Source: a virus
Virus record (IMG/VR): IMGVR_UViG_3300036861_001106
Span: 32,001 to 96,000 of that record
Reading direction: 5' to 3' (one strand)
DNA: 64,000 bases
Positions 9,386-19,585 of this stretch are shown in pieces. Both the position numbers and the translations under genes were made by a program. Positions within the stretch are counted from its first letter, which is position 1. Each line of letters begins with the position of its first letter. Below the pieces are notes generated by a model that ran no database searches, was not told the origin of the DNA, and saw nothing but the letters and a program-made list of their open reading frames with translations.

Positions 9386-12300
9386 GTGATGCCGAGTTCC
9401 CTGGTAACTGCGCTTCGAGTCGACCTTGCCGAGTGGCGGAAGCAGCTCCGCGCCGCAGAGGCGGAGTACGCCGCCTTTGTGCAGCGCATGCGGCAGGTTG
9501 GCGTCGTGGCGCCCGGGGGGGCAGCCGCTGGCCGGGCCAGAGCTGGCGCTGCTGCTCCAGCGGTGACGCAGGGGTTTCGCACGGCACAGCAGGTGGCCCA
9601 GTTCACCGGCGTGCCGCGCACCACCATCCAACTGCAGGTCAACGCCGCAACCCAGGCGGCACAGGCGCAGCAGAACCTCGCCAACGCCACGAATGCCGCA
9701 GCCACGCAGGTGCGGAGGAGCACTGCCAAGCGTGACGCGCTGGACCGGCAGGTCGAGCAGGAGGCGCGGCTCAGGATTCAGCAGGGTGGTGTCCCCACGG
9801 CGTTTCCGCGGGGCTTCCGTGGCCGCGTCGTGCGGCAGGCCTTTGAGGAATCCGAGGCGCGCAACATCCTGGCGCTGCAGGCGCGTAGTCGCCAGGAGGA
9901 ACGTGAGCGACGAGCCGCGAATCGGCGCGACTTCACGCAACAGGCTCGCGATGCCAGGCGTGACCTGCGAATTCAGGATCAAGAGGCAGCTCGACAGCGT
10001 CGCACGGAGGAGACGCGGGCTGCCGAGGTTGTGGCGCGCCTCGGCCTCCGCACCCCGGCGCAGGCTGCACGGGAGGCTTTTAGGGCTGAAAATCGTCCTC
10101 CGCTTCGAGTTCGCGGCGGTGGCGGTGGCCCCATTGACCCCAACCGCCTCCAACAGGCTGTGCGCCTCGTCGGCACCAACCTCACCAACGCCTTTGACAA
10201 GGCCACGCGGGCCGCCAATGCCCTGGGGATCGTGGCCAACGTCAGCCTCCTGGGTGGCCTCGTCGGCCTCGTCGCCGAGGGCATCAAGCTCAACGCCGCC
10301 CTGGAGCGCACCAACCTCACCATGGCGGCCACCCTGGCCCTGTCCAACGACGTGGTCGACTCCCAGGGCAGGACCGTGGAGGGGGCCGCGAAGGCCAACG
10401 CGCTCCTCAGGGGCACGGCGGGCATCTACAACATCATCCGCGACGTGGCGGCGAAGTCCCTCCTGGAGCAGCAGGAGCTACAGGAGACGGTCACCGAGAA
10501 CCTCGCCCTCGCCCAGCGGGCTGGCTTCCGCTTCAACCGCCTGCGTCCCGAGTCCTTCCGCCCGGCTATTCAGGCCATCGCCAACGTCGCGCAGATCGCC
10601 CGGGCCATTGGTCTCCCCGGTGGTCAGCGACAGACCTCGCAGGAGGTGCGGGCTCTATTGCTCGGCGAGCGCCTGCAGGGGGCCACGGTTGCACGCCTCC
10701 TCAACTTCCGCAGCATCAGCGAGATTCAGCGCCTGCAGGCACGTCCTGGCCGTCAGGGTCCGAGGGGCCCTTCAGCCTTCGTGGAGGAGCTGACCAAGCG
10801 GTTCCAGCAGGCCAAGCCCATCCTGGACGCCTTCGCGCAGTCCGCCACCGGGGTGTTCACGACCCTCATCTCGCAGGTCAAGCTGTTCCTGCAGATTGCC
10901 ACCGAGGCGGCCTTTAAGCAGATTGTGGGAGTCACGCGCAACCTGCGGGACTTCCTCACCGACGAGCGCGTCAAGAGTAGTGCCCAGGAGGTGGGGAAGG
11001 TCATCGGCACCCTCGTGCGCGACGTCGTTGGCCTGGGTCGCGCGCTGGCCCCCGCCTTGACCTTCTTCCGCTTCCTGGCGGAGCACGCGCGGGAGCTGAT
11101 TGCCGTTGCCCTGGCCTTCAAGGGGCTGCAGCTCACGCAGACAGCGGCTGGGTTCCTCGGGGGTCGTGGCGGCGGCGCTGCCGGCGCTGCCGGTGCCGCC
11201 GGACAGGCAGCCGCCGGGGTTGCGGGGGCGGCGGCCCCGGGCTTCCTCGGGCGCTTCGCGGCGGCGCGAGGTGGGCTTGCCCTCGGTGGTGCAGCGCGGC
11301 TTGGCCTGCTGGGCCGGCTCGCAGGCCTGGGCGCTGCCGGTGGGCTCGCCGCGGGGGCGCTCCCGGCGACGCTGGTTGGTGGTGCCGCGCTCACGGGGCT
11401 CGGGGTTGGTGCTGGCGTCAACTTCCTCGCCCAGGGCTTGCCAACCCAGCTTGGGCAGCGCGCAGGTGCGGGTCGCGTCGTCGAGCAGGTGCAGCCCGAG
11501 CGTGCAGCGCTCGTCGAGCCCCTTCTCCGCACCCGTGAGCGGCGCAGTCGCCTGCGGGAATTCATTCGACGGGAAGGGACGGAAGCCGCTCAATTTACAC
11601 CCCTTGAGAGATTTGCGGGTCTGTTCGGAGGGGGAGGTTTTGGTGGTGTTCTCAGGCGACTAGAGCAGCAACGGGGCCCAGACTTCGGGCCAAAGACGAC
11701 AGTTGCGGGTGCCCGTCGAGCGGAACAACAGCTCAAGGCGCAGGAGGACCAGCAGTCCAAGACCGCCAAGGAGGCCGAGGAGTACCGGCTGCGGGTGCAC
11801 GAGAGCGCCCTGCGGCAGGAGCAACTGCAGGCGAAGCTGGCCTTCGCCGAGCTGAACCGGGACCGGGAGGCAGCCCTCAAGCTCCAGGCCAAGCTGGAGC
11901 AAGAGAACATCATCACCCAGTTCGAGGACAAGAAGGCGGCGGCCATCCGCCTCAAGGCGCTGGACAAGACCCTGCAGCGCGACCTCCTTGAGCTGCGGGA
12001 GGACGAGGCACTCGCGGTCAGGCAGCTCCAGGCGGAGAGCCTCCAGGACGAGGAGGGCCTCATCCGCCTGCGCACCCTGCGGGAGACGATTGACGCGCGT
12101 CGCCGCATCAGGGACAAGCGGCAGCTCACCCAGACCCTGGCGGCAATCGAGCTGCAGGGCCGGCGGGCCCTCATCTCGCAGTTCCTGACGCGGCAGGGAG
12201 AGCGGGCGGGGGTCCGGGGCGAGCTGGCCACCGCGCAGGGGCGCACCCTCACCGCGCTCCGCGAGGAGGCCCTGGGGCGCGTGGCCCAGTTCGGGCAGCA

Positions 12301-13555
12301 GGTGGCAGCGGGGAAGGCCACGGTCGCGGAGTTCTTCCAGTTCTACAACGCCACCGTCAAGGACACGGCCCGCCGGGAGATCGAGGCGCGCCAGGAGGTG
12401 CGGGACAAGGCGCGGGACTTCGGGCTGCAGATCATTGACCTGGCACAGCAGGGTGCCCTGAAGCGCAAGGAGATCGAGCTGGACGTGGCCCACTTCCAGG
12501 AGCGCCTCCGCGACCGCGACATCGAGAACGTCAAGGCGCGGCTGGCCGAGGAGGTGAACCTCCGCCGGGCCGCGCAGGCGAGGATTGATGCACGGGTTGA
12601 TGAGTCACTGTTCAAGCGCCAGCGGGCTGCGAAGCAGGCCGCAGCGCAGGCGCTGCAGACCCAGCGGCAGGGAGTGGCCGCCCCCGTCATTGGCCCCAAC
12701 GGTGAGGTGCTCTTTCCCGGTGGCGGTCAGCTTGGGCAGCCGTCGTTGCCCATCACCCTCCCCTCCGTGCAGCAGGAGGTGCAGCGACGACTGCTGCAGC
12801 AGATCCAGCGTGGACCTGAGACCAGACTGCTTCCTGGCGCGCAGCAGGGCGAGCTTGCAGCACAGCGGGCACAGGAGTTCATCCGCAACCTCGTTGACAC
12901 CCTCCTGGGGGAGGGGGGGCTGGAGGAAGCAGGGGCGCAGCTTCGTGGGCTTGGTGTCAACGTCACCCCGGGCATTCGGCAGCAGCTCGCCGGCGCGGCC
13001 ATCACCGCCGGTGGGGTGCGAGAGGATCAGCGCACCTTCGCCGACATCCGTGAGGCGCAGCAGGTGCGGGAGCGCACCATCGACGCTGACCAGGGTCTGC
13101 TGGACGCACAGGAGAGTCGCCGGGAGCGGGAGCTGCAGGACCGGCGCAGCTTGCGGGATGAGGGAGTTGAGCGGCAGCGGCTGCAGGTTGATTCGGCGCG
13201 GGCGCTCCTACAGCTCAACGTGGAGTTCGGGCGCACGCAGGACGCAATCCGAAAGTTTGCAGGGGAGGCAACGCGGGCTGGGATTGCGCTTGACCAGGGG
13301 CTGACACGGATCTTTCAGACCTTCCTGGGTGCCCGCGTGCCTGCCCCTGAGGCGGCGATTGCCGGACAGGCCCAGCAGCAGCTTGAGCGTGCGGGTGCCC
13401 CTCGCAAACCCGGTGAGACCCCCACCAGGAATCAACGGGGGGAGGGTGGCACCACCATCAACCTCAACATCGGGCAGCTCGGCGCCGACACGAAGAAGAC
13501 GTTGGACACCCTCAAGGACCAGCTCATCCGCGACAGCCGCCGGACCACCGCGTAG
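9386..13555 (+). CDS. tape measure protein
   Basis: 1389 aa, Ala/Gly/Arg/Gln-rich helical, follows the chaperone pair. Confidence 0.9.
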   Translation: MMPSSLVTALRVDLAEWRKQLRAAEAEYAAFVQRMRQVGVVAPGGAAAGRARAGAAAPAVTQGFRTAQQVAQFTGVPRTTIQLQVNAATQAAQAQQNLANATNAAATQVRRSTAKRDALDRQVEQEARLRIQQGGVPTAFPRGFRGRVVRQAFEESEARNILALQARSRQEERERRAANRRDFTQQARDARRDLRIQDQEAARQRRTEETRAAEVVARLGLRTPAQAAREAFRAENRPPLRVRGGGGGPIDPNRLQQAVRLVGTNLTNAFDKATRAANALGIVANVSLLGGLVGLVAEGIKLNAALERTNLTMAATLALSNDVVDSQGRTVEGAAKANALLRGTAGIYNIIRDVAAKSLLEQQELQETVTENLALAQRAGFRFNRLRPESFRPAIQAIANVAQIARAIGLPGGQRQTSQEVRALLLGERLQGATVARLLNFRSISEIQRLQARPGRQGPRGPSAFVEELTKRFQQAKPILDAFAQSATGVFTTLISQVKLFLQIATEAAFKQIVGVTRNLRDFLTDERVKSSAQEVGKVIGTLVRDVVGLGRALAPALTFFRFLAEHARELIAVALAFKGLQLTQTAAGFLGGRGGGAAGAAGAAGQAAAGVAGAAAPGFLGRFAAARGGLALGGAARLGLLGRLAGLGAAGGLAAGALPATLVGGAALTGLGVGAGVNFLAQGLPTQLGQRAGAGRVVEQVQPERAALVEPLLRTRERRSRLREFIRREGTEAAQFTPLERFAGLFGGGGFGGVLRRLEQQRGPDFGPKTTVAGARRAEQQLKAQEDQQSKTAKEAEEYRLRVHESALRQEQLQAKLAFAELNRDREAALKLQAKLEQENIITQFEDKKAAAIRLKALDKTLQRDLLELREDEALAVRQLQAESLQDEEGLIRLRTLRETIDARRRIRDKRQLTQTLAAIELQGRRALISQFLTRQGERAGVRGELATAQGRTLTALREEALGRVAQFGQQVAAGKATVAEFFQFYNATVKDTARREIEARQEVRDKARDFGLQIIDLAQQGALKRKEIELDVAHFQERLRDRDIENVKARLAEEVNLRRAAQARIDARVDESLFKRQRAAKQAAAQALQTQRQGVAAPVIGPNGEVLFPGGGQLGQPSLPITLPSVQQEVQRRLLQQIQRGPETRLLPGAQQGELAAQRAQEFIRNLVDTLLGEGGLEEAGAQLRGLGVNVTPGIRQQLAGAAITAGGVREDQRTFADIREAQQVRERTIDADQGLLDAQESRRERELQDRRSLRDEGVERQRLQVDSARALLQLNVEFGRTQDAIRKFAGEATRAGIALDQGLTRIFQTFLGARVPAPEAAIAGQAQQQLERAGAPRKPGETPTRNQRGEGGTTINLNIGQLGADTKKTLDTLKDQLIRDSRRTTA

Positions 13556-13584
13556 TTGACAGGTGTCAGCCCGTGGGGTAGAAT
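13556..13584 (+). promoter_or_regulatory. sigma70-type promoter, probably leaderless
   Basis: TTGACA-17 nt-TAGAAT, GTG start 6 nt downstream, no SD. Confidence 0.7.
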
Positions 13585-13590
13585 AAGACT

Positions 13591-14016
13591 GTGCCGACAC
13601 CACTTGCAGCCAGCAGCATGTCCCTCCGCAGCCTCGACGGCGGCAACATCACCACCTTCTCCGTCGACCCCACCCGGTACGACCCCTTCCAGAATGCCAA
13701 GCGCGGCAGCAGCCACCGGGTCCTCTCCGGCTCCGTCATCCACCAGGACCGTGGGCTGCAGGTGGCGGACTTCGTGATCAACCTGGAGGCTGAGGTCACC
13801 GACTATGTGACATGTCAAGACCTCTGGACTAAGTTTCGAAGTCAGGGCACGACCTGGGAGCTGCGGGACTGGTTCCCGAATCGCTTCGAGGTGCTCTTTG
13901 CCCCAGGACAGGCAGCCTTCCACCCAGTCCCAATTCGAGGAAGCTGCGACAGCTTCGAGATTTCGATGGTCTTCTACGTTGTTAGAGTGATACAGTGGTT
14001 CGGTTCCTCGTATTGA
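13591..14016 (+). CDS. putative distal tail-like protein
   Basis: small beta-rich ORF right after the tape measure gene. Confidence 0.5.
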   Translation: MPTPLAASSMSLRSLDGGNITTFSVDPTRYDPFQNAKRGSSHRVLSGSVIHQDRGLQVADFVINLEAEVTDYVTCQDLWTKFRSQGTTWELRDWFPNRFEVLFAPGQAAFHPVPIRGSCDSFEISMVFYVVRVIQWFGSSY

Positions 14017-14026
14017 GGAGGCTTGC

Positions 14027-14908
14027 TTGGCTGACCAGCTCAAGGTCTTTGGTGCGCTTGGCGGTGGCGTGGGTGACCTCTGGTGGGACTGGCTTCACGA
14101 ACCCAGCTTTCGCAAGCTGGCCAGTCTCGTGGAGCGCAATGGCGCGCGCGTGCGCATCTACTCCCAGTGTCACTGCGCTGGTGCTGCCACGGACCTGTTC
14201 CACGGTCACCCCCACGTCCATGAGGTCGTGGAGGAGCCCTGGGCACCACCCACGCCCGAGCTGCAGCACCGGTGGAACACCCCCACTGCGGATGGCTTCA
14301 TCCCGCTCTCGCGCAATGACCTGCTGCATGACGCGGGGGTGCGCCAACTTGACCTTCAACAACCGCAGATCCACCTGCTGGAGGGTGAGCGTCACCTGCT
14401 TGGTCAACTCCTGACGCGGCGCCCCTGCGTCGTGGCCCAGCCCTACGCGGGGCTCTCTGACCGCGATGGCTTTGACGTGGCTGCCATCGCACGGCTGGCT
14501 GCAGCCCTGCAGCACCTCGCACCGGCGGCCAGCCTCCTGGTGATTGGCCGGAACCATGACCGCGGCCACAAGTACACACAGGAGCTGTGCCCAGCCGCAC
14601 CAAACCTCACCGACCTGATTGATCAGCTCAACATTCGGGTGACCTACCACCTCGTGGCCAATTGTGACGCCTTTGTCGGGGCGCACTCAAACCTCATCCG
14701 CGCTGCCTGGGACCACCGGCGTCGCACGGTGCTGGTGGTGCCCGAGCCCCTGATGACGCGCCACCTGCCGACGCTGGACTCAAAGTACACCTACGGGCTG
14801 CGACACCCAGAAAATAGGGTATTCACGTATCCCTTCGACCATGGTCAGGAGCGACAATTTGACCAGCTCGACACCAGCGCCATCGCCGAGTTCCTCCTGC
14901 GGGGCTGA
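14027..14908 (+). CDS. glycosyltransferase family 9-like (heptosyltransferase-like)
   Basis: GGVGD, HPHVHEV, DLIDQL, CDAFVGAHS..AA GT-B/GT9 pattern. Confidence 0.7.
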   Translation: MADQLKVFGALGGGVGDLWWDWLHEPSFRKLASLVERNGARVRIYSQCHCAGAATDLFHGHPHVHEVVEEPWAPPTPELQHRWNTPTADGFIPLSRNDLLHDAGVRQLDLQQPQIHLLEGERHLLGQLLTRRPCVVAQPYAGLSDRDGFDVAAIARLAAALQHLAPAASLLVIGRNHDRGHKYTQELCPAAPNLTDLIDQLNIRVTYHLVANCDAFVGAHSNLIRAAWDHRRRTVLVVPEPLMTRHLPTLDSKYTYGLRHPENRVFTYPFDHGQERQFDQLDTSAIAEFLLRG

Positions 14909-15641
14909 GCAGCGCGAGCGCTGCCCCGCCTGTGCTCGGGACTTGCTGTACCCCCACCAGCGGGGACTTGGCTACTGCTACCACTGCTTCACCTACTGTG
15001 CTGCTGACCGACACACGACTGCGGTCTATGACCGTGCCTACGTGGCAGAGCGCTATGATCGGTACCCAGCCATGCAGCAGATGAGCGAGCTGCGCCTGCG
15101 CGTGTTGTGGCACGTCCTGAGCCTGCACGAGTGTGCTGCCACCGGCGAGCAGCTTCGCCGGGGCCGGCTCCTGGACGTGGGGTACGGGAATGGCAGCTTC
15201 ATTCGCGCCGCCGCTGCCGTCGGGTGGGCTGCCGTGGGGAATGACGTCAACCCCACCGAGTACCCCGGTGTGCGGCGCGTGGCGCTGCCGACAGACCCAC
15301 TGCCGCCGGAGGAGCGCTACCGGGTCATCACGTTCTTCGACTCCCTGGAGCACTTCGAGGACCTGGCCGCGCCACGAGCGGCAGCGCTCAGCACTGACTG
15401 GCTGATGATCAGCGTGCCCCGGGCTCCCCGGAGCTTCCCCAGTCGACCCTGGAAGCACTTTCGACCTGGGGAGCACCACCACTACTGGTGGAACCCCCGG
15501 TCGTTCGAGCTGATCTTCACGACGCCGGAGGTGCAGGCGCGGCTCGTCTACGCCGAGCACCCGGAGGACCACATTCGCGGGACACTGCCGGATGGAGTGC
15601 CGAACATCATGACCTGTGTCCTGAGGCTGGAGCGGCTGTGA
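14841..15641 (+). CDS. class I SAM-dependent methyltransferase with N-terminal Zn ribbon (start uncertain)
   Basis: LLDVGYGNGSF, FDSLEHF, WKHFRPGEH. Confidence 0.8.
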   Translation: MVRSDNLTSSTPAPSPSSSCGAEQRERCPACARDLLYPHQRGLGYCYHCFTYCAADRHTTAVYDRAYVAERYDRYPAMQQMSELRLRVLWHVLSLHECAATGEQLRRGRLLDVGYGNGSFIRAAAAVGWAAVGNDVNPTEYPGVRRVALPTDPLPPEERYRVITFFDSLEHFEDLAAPRAAALSTDWLMISVPRAPRSFPSRPWKHFRPGEHHHYWWNPRSFELIFTTPEVQARLVYAEHPEDHIRGTLPDGVPNIMTCVLRLERL

Positions 15642-16300
15642 GACACGACATCTTCCACGTCAGCGAGCGGTACCCAGTGCCCATCTCCAGCTTTGCAGTG
15701 CCCTCGGACATCACCATCTTTGGCGGCCGCTGGGCAGATGACACGTATTACGCGGATTACGCGGGCATTGCCAGGAAGTACCGGCCCGAGGAGATCCTGG
15801 AGATCGGGGTGCGCTTCGGTTACTCCGGCATTGCGATGTGCCTGGGTGCCCTTGCAGGACGCCCAAATTACGATCCAGAGGTGTGGATCCTCGGCTACGA
15901 TGGAATCGACGCTTGCTTCTTCAGTCACCCTGAAGATCCAGCAGTCTCAAGCAACGAGGTTGCCAGCGCGAACTTCGCAGCCCAGACGCCAAGCGTTGGT
16001 GTTGAGCTGTTTCGCCACGACACACGAGCGGGGCTGCCCGAGAAGGTGTGTCAGTACCTTGGAGTCTATGACCTTGTCAACGTTGACGGGGACCACTCCT
16101 ACGAGGGGTGCTACCGCGACCTTGTCAACATCTGGCCCCTGACTGCCCCTGGTGCGGTTGTGATCGTAGACGACACGGGGATGACCGACGTGAAGCGCGC
16201 GGTGGAGCAGTTCCGTGACGAGCACCTTGCGGAGTTGCAGGCGTTCCAGTGGCACGAGAATGAGCGTGGGCTGGCGCTCCTGCAGCGGAACGCAGGCTGA
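15638..16300 (+). CDS. SAM-dependent methyltransferase (Methyltransf_24-like)
   Basis: LEIGVRFGYS, DLVNVDGDHSYEG..DL, VIVDD. Confidence 0.85.
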   Translation: MRHDIFHVSERYPVPISSFAVPSDITIFGGRWADDTYYADYAGIARKYRPEEILEIGVRFGYSGIAMCLGALAGRPNYDPEVWILGYDGIDACFFSHPEDPAVSSNEVASANFAAQTPSVGVELFRHDTRAGLPEKVCQYLGVYDLVNVDGDHSYEGCYRDLVNIWPLTAPGAVVIVDDTGMTDVKRAVEQFRDEHLAELQAFQWHENERGLALLQRNAG

Positions 16301-16830
16301 TGGGAAAGCGTGCCTACTTTGTGCTTGGCCCCGAGAACTCCGGCACGAGGTTCTTCCGGCGGTGCCTCTGCTCGGCAGGGTGCTACGGTGACCCGGACGC
16401 CGGTGAGAGCACCGATGACCTGTGCTTCCGCGACAAGCCAAGCAAGCTCGCACTTGCGCGCAGCGTGCCCAATGGGCTGCTGGTGCCGGACGTGCTTGCC
16501 ATCGCGGGGCTGCTCAAGGCAGCGGGGTACCGGGTGACGCCCATCCTCATCTCTCGGCGCAGCGACTTCGTGGTGGCAGGGCAGTTGAAGAACTACGAGG
16601 GGCGCACCTTCGAGGCGGCGCGGCAGACGATCCTGGTGGCGGCCAAGCTGGCCTACGAGCTGGCGAGCTGGCTGAAGACGACCCTGGTCGTGGTGCCGTA
16701 CGGGCTCTTCGTGACGGTGCCGGAGGTGCGGGGACACCTGTTTGCGCAGCTCGGGCTGCCGCCGCCAACCGTCGAGGTCGTCAACGCCAATGAGAAGTAC
16801 GGGCTGGCAGGGCTGCTGCTGCCGTTCTGA
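16300..16830 (+). CDS. sulfotransferase-like P-loop protein
   Basis: FVLGPENSGTR resembles the PAPS-binding loop; R...V..S-like and VPY..FV segments. Confidence 0.5.
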   Translation: MGKRAYFVLGPENSGTRFFRRCLCSAGCYGDPDAGESTDDLCFRDKPSKLALARSVPNGLLVPDVLAIAGLLKAAGYRVTPILISRRSDFVVAGQLKNYEGRTFEAARQTILVAAKLAYELASWLKTTLVVVPYGLFVTVPEVRGHLFAQLGLPPPTVEVVNANEKYGLAGLLLPF

Positions 16831-16842
16831 GGGGAGGCTGAC

Positions 16843-17526
16843 TTGGTTGTCGAGGTGGAGTTCCTGACCGAGCCGGAGTGGTGGAAATTTGATCGTCGGC
16901 TGGTGGACCAGGTGGCCTTCCCGCTGGGTGACCGGTACCCGCAGGAGATCATCGACCGGTACTTCGCGGTCTACGGTGGCCTAGTCCACAAGTTCCGCCC
17001 ACGACACATGCTGGAGATTGGCGTGCGGTTCGGCTACACGGGCATCGTCTGCTGCGCGGCAGCGCTGGCGGCGGGCGTCGAGCGCTTCGAGTACCTGGGC
17101 ATCGACGATGAGAGCTACCACGCCGGGTCGTGCCAGCAGGCCAACGACAACTTCCGCATCGTTGGGTTCCACGCGCGCTGTCGGGCGCTGCGGTGGAACT
17201 CCTTCGACGGCATCCCGGCCAAGCTGGGGACCTTTGACCTCATCCACGTCGACGGCAACCACGACAAGCACGGGGTGCTCAATGACCTCATGAACGTGTG
17301 GCCCATCCTGCACCAGCGGGGCTTCGTGATCCTCGATGACTACTACTTCCCCCAGATCAGGGAGGCCATCGACCAGTGGCTGGAGGAGTTCGTGGACAGT
17401 GACAACGTCGTGGCGGTGCAGTTCGTGGAGGATGAGCGTGGCCACGCCATCATTCGCAAGACAGGGCTGCGCAGGGAGGAGCTGCAGGACCAGGAGGGGT
17501 TGGTGATGGAGGCCCTCACCCTGTGA
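16843..17526 (+). CDS. SAM-dependent methyltransferase (Methyltransf_24-like), paralog of 15638-16300
   Basis: LEIGVRFGYT, FDLIHVDGNH, VILDD. Confidence 0.85.
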   Translation: MVVEVEFLTEPEWWKFDRRLVDQVAFPLGDRYPQEIIDRYFAVYGGLVHKFRPRHMLEIGVRFGYTGIVCCAAALAAGVERFEYLGIDDESYHAGSCQQANDNFRIVGFHARCRALRWNSFDGIPAKLGTFDLIHVDGNHDKHGVLNDLMNVWPILHQRGFVILDDYYFPQIREAIDQWLEEFVDSDNVVAVQFVEDERGHAIIRKTGLRREELQDQEGLVMEALTL

Positions 17527-18563
17527 TTGCGGAGGCTACTCGCGTGCTCAAGGTGTGGCCCACTCGGGTTGTCCGTGAGCCAAAGCTCAAGAAGATCACC
17601 GTCTTCCGACAGCTTGGCGGAATCGGTGACGTCCTGATGTGCACGCCAGTGTTCCGCGGGCTCAAGGAGAAGTACCCCGGGTGCTTCTTGACCGTGGCGA
17701 CTGACAGCAGCTACATGGCGGGCTGTCTGCCGATGATCTTTCGGCACAACCCCTTCATCGACGATCTCGTTCACGTCAACCCCTTTGAGTTTGTCTGCTC
17801 TCCCACGCGGCACGTGCGGCAGGAGTTCCGCAACGCGCCGAACCACGCTGACATGGTGCCTCACTGCGTGCGGGACACGGACCTGGTGATCGACCTGAAC
17901 GTCGTCTGCGCCCTGACCGAGACTGCCCAGCAGCCCCACGTCAAGGACCACCGCACGGACATCTGGTGCCGGGCTGCGGGGGTGGCACCCTCCAACCGGC
18001 GCCCCATCCTGCACCTGACCGGCAGCGAGCTGGCGGAGGGAGCACGGTGGTGTGAGGAGCGCCTCGGGGCCGGCGTGCGGGTCGGCGTGGTGCTCACCAC
18101 CAAGGACCCGGCGCGGGACTGGCCCTTCGCCTCCCAGTTCGCCTGGGAGCTGCAGCAGCGTGGCTACAAGGTGTGCTCGATCGATGCACTCAAGAAGGTC
18201 ACGGACCAGGTGCCAGCCATGCTCGGCATGCACATCCGCAAGGTGGCTGCCGCCATCGCCCACCTCGACGTCGTCGTCTCCCCGGACACCGGCATCCTCC
18301 ACGTCGCGGGCACGCTGGGGGTGCCGGTCGTCGGCCTGTTTGGTCCCACCGACGGGGCCCTGCGGATGCGGGAGTACCCTGGTAGCTACGTCAACCCCAC
18401 CGCCATTGTGGACTGTGCTCCCTGCTGGTACCTGCATCCCTGCCGGAAGGAGAATCCGAAGGAGCCGGCGAAGCACTACGTGTGCATGCGACGCCTCACC
18501 AAGGAGCTGGTGCTCCACGAGCTGGAGGCCACCCTCCGACGCTTCGGCAAGGAGCCGCTGTAG
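17523..18563 (+). CDS. glycosyltransferase family 9 (ADP-heptose heptosyltransferase-like)
   Basis: GGIGDVLM.TP..GLK.KYP, NPFID, DTG.LH.AG.LG.PVVGLFGPT, CAPC..C..CM. Confidence 0.9.
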   Translation: MIAEATRVLKVWPTRVVREPKLKKITVFRQLGGIGDVLMCTPVFRGLKEKYPGCFLTVATDSSYMAGCLPMIFRHNPFIDDLVHVNPFEFVCSPTRHVRQEFRNAPNHADMVPHCVRDTDLVIDLNVVCALTETAQQPHVKDHRTDIWCRAAGVAPSNRRPILHLTGSELAEGARWCEERLGAGVRVGVVLTTKDPARDWPFASQFAWELQQRGYKVCSIDALKKVTDQVPAMLGMHIRKVAAAIAHLDVVVSPDTGILHVAGTLGVPVVGLFGPTDGALRMREYPGSYVNPTAIVDCAPCWYLHPCRKENPKEPAKHYVCMRRLTKELVLHELEATLRRFGKEPL

Positions 18564-18589
18564 GCGGTATAATGACAAGGAGGAGCTTG

Positions 18590-18922
18590 ATGAAGATTCG
18601 TCAGTTCAGCGCGGTGGTTGTGGTCCTTGGCCTGTTCTTGCTGGCACTACCATTGCCGGCCAACGCCAGCCCCACCGGGCGGCGCAACACCGCCCTCGGA
18701 GTCAGCGCGCTGGCCATCTACGAGATTGCCCGGGGGAACAACGGGCTTGGGCTGCTGAGCGCCGCGGGCGCAGTCGTCGCTTGGAACCGCTACAGCCAGG
18801 GACGGCGCGAGGAGCGCTGCCGGGACGCCTTCAATGCGGGTTTCCGGGCGGGTGTGCGGCGGGCGTGGCGGGAGTGCCCCGACCGTGGGCGTCATCGGGG
18901 TCAGCGGCGTCGAGGCCGCTGA
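18590..18922 (+). CDS. small secreted/membrane protein (host-like moron)
   Basis: signal peptide ending ANA, two hydrophobic Gly/Ala helices; TATAAT at 18568 and AGGAGG RBS. Confidence 0.65.
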   Translation: MKIRQFSAVVVVLGLFLLALPLPANASPTGRRNTALGVSALAIYEIARGNNGLGLLSAAGAVVAWNRYSQGRREERCRDAFNAGFRAGVRRAWRECPDRGRHRGQRRRGR

Positions 18923-18935
18923 CGGGAGCTGAGCT

Positions 18936-19307
18936 GTGCCAGCGTCACTGAGAATGCTCGACAGCGACGAGTCCACGGTCATCACGACGTCCGATCAGGG
19001 GAACGTGCCGACCCCGGGCTCGTCCACCGCCAAGAAGTTCTTCGTGCAGAACTTCGGCACCTCGACAGCGGAGGACGTCGTGGTCACGATCGAGGCAGTG
19101 GGGACCAACGACGGGGCGGACTACACGCAGATCGCTGCGGATGTCGCGGGCTCGCCGGGGACGTTCAGCCAGAGCGACGTCAACCTGGGCGACATCGCTG
19201 CCTTGGACGACGCACCCTTCTGGGCGCAGATTGTCCAGCCGAGCGGCCTCACCGCTGACAACAATCCCCGGCGCAGCAGCCTCGTGGCGTCGGGCACAAC
19301 CGTCTAG
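18936..19307 (+). CDS. putative virion structural protein
   Basis: Thr/Ser/Gly/Asp-rich beta composition in the tail module. Confidence 0.5.
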   Translation: MPASLRMLDSDESTVITTSDQGNVPTPGSSTAKKFFVQNFGTSTAEDVVVTIEAVGTNDGADYTQIAADVAGSPGTFSQSDVNLGDIAALDDAPFWAQIVQPSGLTADNNPRRSSLVASGTTV

Positions 19308-19314
19308 GAGCACC

Positions 19315-19575
19315 ATGGGCAAGCAGGCTACGGACGTCGACGTCAAGACCACCACTGTTGAGCGCCACCTGGACCAGGCGACGGCGGACGCGCATGAGCT
19401 GGTGCCGGGCGACTGGTGTGTCCTCCTGAACGAGGAGGGCTTCGAGACCGGGCGGTGGGGCATCGTGTGCAACTCCCTGCGCAACACCGCGCACACCCTG
19501 GAGGTGCGGCTGGGGGCTGACCCGATCCGCACCTTCCCGCGCCGCAAGCTGCGGTGGCTGGGGCCGTTGGACTAA
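19315..19575 (+). CDS. hypothetical protein
   Basis: AGGAG RBS, GC3 bias. Confidence 0.6.
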   Translation: MGKQATDVDVKTTTVERHLDQATADAHELVPGDWCVLLNEEGFETGRWGIVCNSLRNTAHTLEVRLGADPIRTFPRRKLRWLGPLD

Positions 19576-19585
19576 AGGAGAGGCA

